64,000 nt of DNA, from positions 39,742,001 through 39,806,000 of the forward strand of contig NC_045138.2 of assembly GCF_008831285.2 (NCBI RefSeq), given 5' to 3'. Origin of the DNA: Nymphaea colorata (lineage: Eukaryota). Position numbers and translations under genes: made by a program. Below are positions 40,534 through 51,274 of this stretch, in pieces. Positions within the stretch are counted from its first letter, which is position 1. Every line of letters starts with the position of its first letter. The notes under the pieces are model-generated. The model was not told the origin of the DNA. It did not search any database and worked only from the letters and a program-made list of their open reading frames with translations.

Positions 40534-42033
40534 TGGAAATTTTCTCTTTTTCTCTTCGTTTTTCTCATTTCCTCTTCTATGCCTGGGAATGCAGGGTATT
40601 TGTTTTGTACACAAAAGCTATAAAAATGGCGGTCAATGCAAAAGCCAAAATTCTTTGGTTGTAAGAGAAGAAAAGATCAACCAAAAGAAGAAGATGTTCA
40701 GGGCATGCAATCCACATAGATTATTTCTGTTACAGTTGAAATTTATGATACCAAATGTATTTTTCTGCACATTGAAATGAAGAAAAATAATGGCAGCATC
40801 CAAGTCCCTGGTTTGGGATGCAATTGGTTGGGATATGATTTTAGGATTTTGGTTTTTTGGCTGTAGTTTGAATTCCACTAAATCCACCTTTCTTTTTTTA
40901 AGATTATCCGAATGATTTAAAGTGCTTAGTACTTTGTAACTTGAGTTGAATAACAACAGATTGCCAAGGATGGAAACTTTATATACAAGAAACGCATATG
41001 GCTTTAGCTAACTTGTTTGTCTTCCTCTCCGCAATTTTTTGCATTGCAGCACCACTCTTTCCGGTGATATGCACTATAAGAAATCCTGAAGTTCTTGTAA
41101 TATGCAGAACATGGTATGCTAGTAGTTGTTTGCAGAATCTCACAGAATGGGAAAATGATAAAGGGCTACTAAGAAATCAAAAGTTTCTTTTTCCCAATTC
41201 CATTTGGCACTACACATCGAGAAAAAACAACTGCAAGAAGTCGAACCTTGCCGTGAACAGTTCTATCTTGCCTCTGGTCATATTGATTTTCAGACCTTCC
41301 ACAGAGCCCGGGAGAATGAGATCTAGCATTAGATTGTTGCTTCTTTCCATGTTGATATTGTCTTTCCTAAAGCACCAGAGTATGAGCTTTAGGCCTTGTC
41401 ATGCAATCACCATCTGATCCTCTTTTTCCCCCAAAAATATAATTCACTAGTTCAGCCAAATAACCGTGGATGCGCCGGTGGTACTCCGTTGGTTATAATT
41501 TTTTCACCGTTCAGGGCAACATTTGCTCGCCCTCGTCATGCTTCGCGCTTTGATCTCACCAACATAGCAGACACTTTGTGGATCCTACTGTCGTTTGAAT
41601 TCCATATTTGAAGGTGAGGACAGAGGGCTTTCCATTATGCCTCAAGCATTTTTGCTATGAGCTTCTGCAGAACAGATTTCTTTCGGAAGAAAACCTCCCC
41701 TTCGAAAGGTAAGAGCTCCTAGCGCACCCAGAGAAAGAGGCCATCATCCGCCAACAAAGAAGTTAAAAAAACAAAATTAATTTGAAGAAATGGCTTGCAT
41801 TTGCTTCTGCTGAAGAGAAGCCATCATCAAAAGCAAAACTAGATCCGAATAGCTTTAGTTAAAGATGAATTTGAAGGAAAAAGTTGCTACAAATGGCGGC
41901 ATATAATTGATTCATTGAAATATGAGATGGATCAGGCTTGAAATATTCAGGCAAAAGAGCAGCAGAAGCCGCGGCACCGTTTGCTCTTTTTATGCGGTTG
42001 TGTACGTGACGTTCTCTGTGGCTAGAAAAAATA

Positions 42034-42085
42034 GTCCTGTATCGATGAAATGGGAAAGGGCAAAGACGAAAGGTGGCATATAAAA
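42034..42085 (+). promoter_or_regulatory. snRNA promoter: USE-like element plus TATA box (Pol II spacing)
   Basis: GTCCTGTATCG at 42034-42044, a 34-nt spacer, then TATAAAA at 42079-42085, starting 32 nt upstream of U1 +1. Confidence 0.75.
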
Positions 42086-42110
42086 GGGATTGAACGGGCT
42101 TGGTTAAGGC

Positions 42111-42272
42111 ATACTTACCTGGACGGGGTCTATCGATGATCAAAAAGGTCGATGGCCTAGGGCAACTGCCTCCATTGCACTTAGGAGGAGAGTTGTTCTA
42201 CCATCTCCCCAAGTGGGAGAGTGGACGTCATAATTTGTGGTAGCGGGGGAACGCGTTCGCGCGGCCCCCACC
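42111..42272 (+). ncRNA. U1: U1 spliceosomal snRNA (copy A)
   Basis: 5' ATACTTACCTGG (5' splice-site pairing), loop I GATCAAAAAG, loop II ATTGCAC (U1A site), Sm site AATTTGTGG, terminal stem-loop IV with a GTTCGC loop. 162 nt. Confidence 0.97.
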
Positions 42273-44857
42273 ATTCCCTAATTAAATTTTTTGTCTTTGT
42301 TTATAGCTTAATGACTTTTTCATATGAGCTATGTAGGTCGATTAACCTGATTGGTTGAGTTCATCCAGGGACGCGGAATTTATTTATAGTTAGCTTTTTA
42401 AGAATATTGGAACACGGTAATTCTTAACTAATTGGCATTGAGCCCTTTGAAATTGCTTTCCTTCAGATTTTCTCGTCTTATGCGTAAAAATCAAAACAAC
42501 TCGCCTGAGGTATTTGTTCGTTGCATAGATGGAGGACCTCTTTACGTCTGCGTGCTGCTAATGTGATAATTAACAAAAACAAAAGACTTTCTACTCTCAA
42601 AAAATATTATAACTAATTCAATAATATTATCTAATCAAAGGTAATTAGCAAAATCCAAGGAACTTTTATCCAAATTCAAGATTGTGCTCCTGCATCGATT
42701 TCCCAGCCTTAAATCCAAACATGAGATCTTATAGAGACTGTTCCCCCGCTCTCAAGGCCCAAAGGTGTTTCGCAAAGTCCAAGAAGTTTGTGCCTACAAC
42801 ATATTTTCAACAACATGAAAAATGATGACAGAAGCCTCACTCCGTTGATTATTTCATCCTCATTGGTCATGAATTGATTGAATTAATGAGAAAAAGCAAG
42901 AAAAGTTGTCGTGTTGGACGAGGACCCAATGTGCTGCAATCACATTCTGATCCTCTTTTTCCCCATGTAAAGCATGTTTCTCCATTACGGGCAATTCATC
43001 AATTCAGAAACCAAAGAACCGTGAATGAACCAGTAGCACCTCTGTTCGTTATAATTTTTTCACCATTCCTGGATCCATCTTGTCATATTGCATGCTTTGA
43101 TCTACACCAACATAGCAGATACTTTGGATCCTACTGTCACTTCAGTTCCGTACTCAAGGTGAGGAAGGGCTCATATGACTTAAGCATTTATACTGTTATC
43201 TTTCTGCAGAACAGATTTCGTTACGAAGGAAATCTGCCATTCTGAAAGAAAAGGGGCAGCTCTGAAGAGAGAGAAAGAGAAGGAGGTCACCATCCACCCA
43301 CAAAGAGGTTGAAACAGAATCAGAACCCTGAACAAATGACTTGTATTTCATTTCTGCCGTTGAGAAGGCATGATCGAAGTGATTCTTTCTATCTCTAGAT
43401 GAGGAAAAGGTATAGCCTTCCAATAACTTAATTGGGGGGCCCTAATTGGGTAAAATGCCCAAAGATACGCTTAACATTGACAAATCTCATGCAGATTAGT
43501 TTCTGTGGGATATAATATTAAGCTATATCGAAGTGATTCTTTCTTAGATTAAAGTTAGATAAGTAAACTTATGCAAGAAACTTAGGCGTATTTGTGAATT
43601 AGATATGTTCTTCATATTCGTTTTGAGATAGTAGCAAAGTAGCTTTTCCTTTTTTTTTTTTTTTAACTGACAGTTTTCTTCACAGCCATGGTCCACTGAT
43701 GTTGTGAAAGGGCGAATCATGACTGAAAATCGTAAACGGAGTTGCAGAACTTCATTCGCAAGAATAAGAAATCAAGGAAAAAGGAGAAGCTGACGAATAT
43801 TCAAGGAAGAATTTCTTACTTTCAGCCAAGCTGCACAATAACAATTCCTATTTATCTATCTCTATCTGAGGAAACAGTGCACCCGATCAAGCAAATAAGG
43901 AAAGAACTTTTAAAAGATTGTAGATCTAAAAATGAATTTTGTGAACCCAAGTCTCATATAGCCTTTGGTCTCTCGCATCACAGATCTTCCAAAAGGTGAT
44001 ATGCCATTTACAGTATCAACTGTGAGTACCAGTTCATTCTATCAAAAAGCAGCAGCAACAGAGTGCATCAGATGCACAAGTGTACTTCTTTGCAGCCTAG
44101 AACAACTGCAACAGGTCAAACTATTTATCGTGAGCAGTAACAGTTCAATCTTCCCTCTGTTCATATAGATTTTCACGCTATCCATGACACCGGAGTATGA
44201 AATCTACTGCTTCTTTCCAGATCGATTCCAGTTCTTCCTAAAACGTACGACAGAATATGAACTTTGGACCTTATCATGCAATCACTGCCTGATCCTTTTT
44301 TTCTCCATGTAAAGCATGCATATGTATTGACAATTCATTAATTCAAAAGCCAGCTTTCGTTATTATTATCTCCATTCAGACAATACTGGGTCTTCTTTGA
44401 CACACTGCATGAATTAACCTCTTCCAACATGGCAGGTGCTTTGTGGATCCTGTCTTGTACTTAAGTAGGAGGATCGTCTACGACTATTTGCTTTCATCAC
44501 TTGCATGGTTAGTTTTCTGCAAAACAGATTTCTTTCTGGGGAAAACCCGCCATTTGAAAAGAAAAGGGACATCAGGGAGAGAGAGAGAGAGAAAGAGGCC
44601 ATCAGACGCCAACTACGGGGTTGAAACAGAACCAAAATTCTCAAGACGTTAATAGCTTGTATTTCACTTCTGCTGAAGAAAAGAAAAGGAATGATCAAAA
44701 CCAAAACCAGGTCCGAATTGCTTAGTTAAACAAAGGATTTTCGGGTTGCATATGACTGTTTGATAATGAGACAGCTGAGGTTTGAAATATTCTGGTGAGT
44801 GGGGGTTTGCTGTCTTTATGCGGTTGTCCGTCGAACGCTATGGGGAAAGAAAAAATA

Positions 44858-44908
44858 GTCCTGTATCGATGAAATGGAAAAAGGCCAGCCGAGAAGAGAG
44901 GTATAAAA
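44858..44908 (+). promoter_or_regulatory. snRNA promoter: USE-like element plus TATA box (Pol II spacing)
   Basis: GTCCTGTATCG at 44858-44868, a 33-nt spacer, then TATAAAA at 44902-44908. Confidence 0.75.
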
Positions 44909-44933
44909 GGGCTTGAAGATGCAATGGAAACTC

Positions 44934-45095
44934 ATACTTACCTGGACGGGGTCTATCGGTGATCAAAAAGGCCGATTGCCTAGGGCAACTGCCTCCATTG
45001 CACTCAGGAGGAGAGTTGTTCTACCATCTCCCCAAGTGGGAGAGTGGACGTCATAATTTGTGGTAGCGGGGGAACGCGTTCGCGCGGCCCCCACC
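44934..45095 (+). ncRNA. U1: U1 spliceosomal snRNA (copy B)
   Basis: Same motifs as copy A; differs from it at 4 of 162 positions. Confidence 0.97.
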
Positions 45096-45758
45096 ATTAC
45101 CTAATGAAAAATCTTCGTCCACCTTCATGCCGCCTTAGTCTATCTCAACACCTTCTCCGTGTTAGTAGGTGTGATATAATAACAATGTTTGAATATTTTC
45201 AGCACCGGCTTTCTAAGCTATCTATAATTTTGATTTCGGCTTATCAGATTTGAAGAATAGATGCTCAAGTTCATTCCGATGGACAATGAGAAAAATGTTG
45301 AAACTGCATTCATTTTAATGTAATTATAGTGAGGTACAATTTGTCTTCTGATGAATCGACCTTCTGGGTCCGTTTTGAGACCAAAATTCAGTAACAACCT
45401 TATGATATTCGTTCATTGTAGAAATTTAATGTTTTTTCCTGCTCATATATATAGTGTTGAGTGACCTTCGGAGTTTGGAGAGGGGAGGGACCTCTAATAA
45501 ACAGAAACTGAAGACTTCTTCTACTCCCAAAACATTTTTGTAAACCAAGATAACTAATTAAGAAAATAATATTTAGGTAAATTAGTAAAAAAGCGAGGAC
45601 TTTTTATTCTTAACTAATCCAAGATCTAAATAGTATGTCCCTAAAACCTGACATGGTTCTGAGACAAACCAGCCAGCAAGCAAAAAGAACTATTAAACAT
45701 CAATTCCTTCGCCATACTATTTATTAGATAAAATTATCAAATGCCAGTTTATTAAGTA

Positions 45759-45829
45759 GCACCAGTGGTCTAGTGGTAGAATAGTACCCTGCCACGGTAC
45801 AGACCCGGGTTCGATTCCCGGCTGGTGCA
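45759..45829 (+). tRNA. tRNA-Gly (GCC)
   Basis: GCACCAG/CTGGTGC acceptor stem, anticodon arm GTACC-CTGCCAC-GGTAC, T-loop GGTTCGATTCC. T-run terminator immediately downstream. Confidence 0.98.
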
Positions 45830-46985
45830 TAAATTTTTGTTTTCTTTTTACCCTGTCAGACTTCTACTTCACCTTTTCACTTCTTTTCTTTGCTCGTAGG
45901 TTAAGGTGCCACTGCCGCAGTACCAAGAGTTTTGACATGAAAAAGGGGAAGCGGGGCGCCCATTAACACATTAGCTCTTGTTACACTTAACAGTTATGCA
46001 CTGCAGCCGGCGTATTTCCTGGTTGAACCTGAAGAAAACTGAGAAACGTTGAATGAACGGAAAGATCGAGAGTAATACAGTACAATTTTTAATCTTGAAT
46101 AGAAAAAAAAGTATGTCCATAATAATAGAAAACTCATACTTGCTTATCGAGATATATATTTCACAATGTTTATCGAGATACAACGGCGAACTAGGAAGCT
46201 CGCATCTATAAGACAATTGCATTTTAGATCGCCTGGAATAACTTTCGTCAGATCTGTGATAGACTCATACTCTGAATTAAAATATAAATTGGAAGGTGCA
46301 CATTTATAATTGAGTGTAGGTGTCGTTATGTGTTCCAGATTTTAAGGACTGCACCTAACTTTAGGCAATTCGCGAGAGGTAAAAGTCATCCCCCTTTTCC
46401 TTTATCTTCAGGGTTGAAGGCTGCTTCGAAACTTCTATTTACTTATGGTACACTTTTCCATTGAATATCGTGGGTTTGCACCTCAATTAAATAACACCGA
46501 TAACAATCGTACTTTCGTTCAGGTTGTCACAAATCTGTCGGTTTAACCAACTATATTATGCCATTTCGAGCATCCACTTTAGCTCCCACCTAAATTGCAT
46601 CATGACCGTCCAATGTGTAAATCGGAGGCCTCATCTTTCCTGCTTCACTAATTCCCCAAAATTTATATTGGGCAAAACATTGTTTTTTTTTTTCTTTTCT
46701 AGTGAATTAAAAACAAAGGACATTCTCAAAACTACAGTTTGGTAAAAAATGCTGTTGGGTGGCAAGTTGGTATGCTATTTCAACATTGTCATTTGGTTAT
46801 TGGAGCTTTTTTTGGTTTTTTATTTTTATGTTTTCATTTTGTGGGTATCGTCATTCTAAAGCTTTTTTCTCTAGGAATCTAAAATAGGGAATTCAGGTTT
46901 TGACGTCCTTATCATGGTGCTCGACGATTTAGCCTCATTAATATGCAAACGTTCATTTATATTATTTTTGACCATTTCAACATCG

Positions 46986-47056
46986 GCACCAGTGGTCTAG
47001 TGGTAGAATAGTACCCTGCCACGGTACAGAGCCGGGTTCGATTCCCGGCTGGTGCA
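46986..47056 (+). tRNA. tRNA-Gly (GCC), C48G variant
   Basis: Identical to the 45759 copy except for variable loop AGAG instead of AGAC (G at 47031). A and B boxes intact, upstream CAA motif, long T-run about 20 nt downstream. Confidence 0.93.
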
Positions 47057-48684
47057 AAACTTTCCCCCTTTCATCTTTTTTTTTTTCCTTTCGATTTCCA
47101 GCTCACTTTCGCGTTTTCCTCATTTTTTTTAAGCGGAACAACCCAACTTCTCCTTTCACAATAGCTAGGTGCACACACACCCGAGCGCGCGAATTTTGAT
47201 TATTTTGTTACTTATTGTTGAACATTATGAAGCATGGATTTTGATCTCTTGCAAAATTTGATCGACATCATAATACATAGGTGCACACACGTAAAACCTG
47301 CCAACATGTGGCAGATGAAACCATCTGATTCGAAAATATTCGTACCTCAAGTAATTTGCATATGAGAATATGTAAATAACATAAAAAGCCGTATATGTGA
47401 CCATACATTTGCTCCAAACTAATGGTGAAAACTTTTTGGGAGTGTTTGTCCTCTTTTTTTCATTGCAATTTTTACTTTGAGACTTTAGTAGAGAGTAGTA
47501 CACCTATAATGTAATACATTCCGAACTTTTATTTGCTGTCTGATCAACGTTTCAAACAAACAAGAAATGTGTATTTATTGTCTTGAGGAACGTGTATTTG
47601 TTGTCTTGATAAGAATTAGAGGCATGGTTTGTTCTATTAATACAAGCGGGATGACCTTGAAGAATATCTAATAATTAAAACATATTTTTATTGGAATTTA
47701 ACATATGTAAATTGACTTAATCAATTGTGGTAGTCTTTTTTTTTTTAGTACGCACTTGCGCACATGGACTTGACTAGAGTACGAGAGAGAGAGAGAGAGA
47801 GAGAAGAGATTGATTTTTATTGGGGCTCACACGATGTTTATTGGTCGCAGTCAGAACTACCAGCCTTCGTTCCTGCTCCGTCATGGACCGCAGGTGAAAA
47901 TTTCGAGGGTTTTCTTTTACTTATAATTTTAAGAAAAAAAAAATCTTGTTTGCGGGTCTTTAATGAGAGGTATGAACTTAATTTGGAAAACAGAAAGCTA
48001 TTAGTTGAAAAAGAAAAAGAATTTAAAAAATTTCACTTCAGATCTTTATTTGACAGTTTCCATGGAAGTGAAGTGCTTACTAAAATCTCATAAAAGGAAA
48101 AAGTAGATGGAAAAAAGGAATTTCATGGCGGTGGGCTATAATAGTTCCGTGGGTGAATTTTCTCCCGCGTTGGTTAAGGCGGTAAAGGTCTCTTCGGGGA
48201 TATCCGATAAAATTGCTTAGGCGGTAGAGGGCCCAAAATATAGCAGAGAAGGAAGTTTCTTCCCCCTTTCCTACGCTCTCAGGACGGGCCATCAGATTCA
48301 CATCGGGGCCTCTTTGGAATTAAATTCACCTTTTCCACTTAATCTCTATTAACCCAAGCGCCAGCCCAATGCTGGTCGCTCGAATCTGTAGGCTCTGGGA
48401 GAAATGCCGGCTTTGGCCTATGTGTCTCTGTCTGTGTTGTGGCCTCTGACCGAACGGGAGGCGGCATCATTCCTATCCTGATTCCTTTCTCTTTCGCTGT
48501 CTCTTTCTCTGCAACAAGTAACCGGATATCCTTCTCCATCTTGTCATTTTTTCTCGAACACCCATCTCCGATTCTACTATTTTCCCTTCGAAGTTCTGTT
48601 TGAGGATTCGATCGTTGGTGGTGTCCCTTTTCTGTCTACAAGGGACAAGAAGTTAACGTAATCTCGCCGCTTGTTGCTTATTTT

Positions 48685-51236
48685 ATGGAGGAAGAATTCG
48701 ATCCCCGCAGCCACAAGGACGACGAAGCAGCGGAGTCGCTGGAATTGGTGCTCTTTCATGTAAATGAGTGCTATGTATATCTGGTAGGCCTTGACACACG
48801 GCCTTCGCTTAAAGATTAATTTCTTTGTTGATTAGCCTGGAGTTTTTTGGACTGCCGTCTTTGTTTTTTTTCTTTTAAAGATTTCGCTTAATTTGTGACT
48901 GTGGTGCTCATGATGTTGCGATTGTGTGATGCGAAAGTGGGTATATTATTTTTCGGTGATTGAAGAGATTAGGTAATCGTGATTAATCGTATAAACGTTA
49001 AGGTTGGATCTAAATCTGTTTGCCATCGATCACACAGATGAATTGGTTTTGTTGGTCGTTTTAGTTTGATATCCTGAGGGGATAAAGTATCTCGTATTTG
49101 ATTTGAGGATATTTGCCACGCGATTTTTGCAATTCGGTGTTGAAAAAAAAGTCGCATTCCGTTGTCAGGAATACTTAACATCGCATTTATATTTCCATGC
49201 CAAGGATCTTTAGAACGTTATAGAAGCAAATGTTCTCGACGGAGGACTTTCTTACCCACATTCAATTTTGATATCTTGTACATGGTTAAATTCACTGTCG
49301 GTTTCAAGTGGGAACTGCATATTAAGCACAGACATCGTGGCATACTTATAATCCGCCCAAAAGTCACACCTCCAGTGCCCACTTCTAAAGGGACACACAC
49401 CTGTGGGTGCGGTACTACCGAGCTCCTGCAACTTGAATGTCTTAAACCAAACCACCGGAAAATGCCTCTTTGGGTTTCCATCATTGAGAAAAAAGCAAGG
49501 TGAAAAGTTGTAGCAAAACTTACACCATTTGGGATTCTTTTTACGGAAGCGCTTAGTTTCAAAGAGTTTCATGTACATACACATTGCTGAACTATTTGCT
49601 GGCAGCTACAAGAATGCTGCATGCTTGCTTTTCCTGTTTTCTTTTCCTTTCCTTCTGTATATCTCTATGTGATTACTGTTCTGTTGGTGGGATGTCCAAT
49701 ATCTAGCAATTACTGTTCTTTTTTTTTTTATCTATATAAGTTGTAACTATCTTATTTATTCTGTATCAGGCTTGCTGTTGTTTGAGCATGGTACATCAGC
49801 ATATATAGTTTCTCTTTGAACAGAAAATAATGCAAATTTTGGTTTTGGTATTAACAATGTAGTTTGCTTTCGGCCTTCGAAATTTACTCGGTCTTGCTGC
49901 TGATACCTGTGTAAAAAGTCCCAGCATATATGCTTCTTAGACACTTTTTTTTTGGCATGAATTTTTTAGTAAATCTCGTTCTTGTGGCTCAAGTAACTGC
50001 CCTTATCTTGCTGAAACTTATGTTTTTTTTTTTTTTTTGGTAGATACCTCCAAGAAAAAGTGCTGCCTCTTGCAGGTAATATTTTTTTTATCTGTTTTCT
50101 TTTGATCAGATGCTATAAACATGCAGACTTTCTATTTGATTTTTTTTTTCTGCCGTCTTAGAGTAGTAAGTAGGCTCCAGATAGTCTTACGACTCTTATC
50201 CCCTAAACATTATAAATTTCTTTAAGGAGGACAATTTTAAATTTTTAACTGCTATACTGACATGCACTCACAAGTTTATTCTTGGAAGAATATTTAGCAG
50301 GAAAAGTATATTCTAACTTAAGCCATTTTGCTTTGCTGAATGTGTTTCTGGGGTGGCATAACCTCAACAAATCATTTTGCACTATAGTTTGATGATCAAC
50401 AAAATCACATTTTCTGGTACTTAACTTCTAAGTTGTTAAAATTGAAAGTCAGAGACAAGTTATTGAAGCGACTTGTCAGTCCAATTCTGTTGACTAAAGT
50501 AAAAATCAATGAGGTATGAGCACACGTTTAAAATGCCAAAAGTAATAAGAAAACATAAAAATATCCTTATAAATCATAATAAATGTATACTTTGATATGT
50601 CAGAAATTTGAATTCATGAGATACGTAGACAAAATGTTTCACATATATATATAGAAAGGGAACTGGATCTTGACTTCTACTGATCCAGGCAACCTTGACT
50701 ACTATTTCTATATCTCTTCATCTCCTCTCCTTCCTCTATTCAATCACATCAAGTAATGATAGAGATAGAGATCAAAGTGAGAGTTGCTAGGCTTGGTGGT
50801 TGTGAAGTTGCAGTGTCCTATATGCTATGTTACATAAGTGTGGGGTGTTGGTGCCGCTGCGGCTGTGGATGTGGGTGTTTACACAGCAATTTTTCAAAAA
50901 AAAAAAGGTGCGGGTGCGGCGAGGATGTATATACATGTGTGTGTATATATGTATATAAATCATTATCTATATTTAGATATAAACTTTTTGTACTAGCGAT
51001 AGTTTAGTTATGTGCACATTTAAAATGGTCAGTTTTGGATTGGTCTGGCTGACCGAACCAGATGTGCTGTGTCGGAGAAGCACCAGCACCAGCATCGGTC
51101 GAGTGCGACATGGGTGCAGCAGACATTTAAAAGCACCGATGCGACATAGTCTATATGTATGTAAATTTTTTGATAAATAATAATGATGATGATGATCATA
51201 ATAATAACAATAATAGAATGAAGAAAGGAAAATAAG

Positions 51237-51274
<38 letters not shown>

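Larger units (their letters stand above)
41220..45610 (+). repeat. Old local segmental triplication: two U1-bearing units and one truncated unit
   Basis: Shared blocks such as TGCAATCAC..CTGATCCT.TTTT (about 41403, 42935, 44277), GGATCCT, AACAGATTTC and CCATC..CC..CAA recur three times. Downstream blocks (GGACCTCT..AAGACTT..CTACTC..ATAACTAATT) recur at about 42535-42665 and 45488-45605. Confidence 0.8.

Noticed and set aside
39695..40614. Overlapping ORFs of 105-201 aa on both strands around the NHL gene
   Set aside because: Shadow ORFs of a GC-rich coding region with no recognisable motifs.
45830..47110. Dicistronic tRNA-Gly-snoRNA (snoR43-type) genes as described in Arabidopsis
   Set aside because: Both tRNAs are followed within about 5-20 nt by T-runs, and no box C (TGATGA) / box D (CTGA) pair follows.
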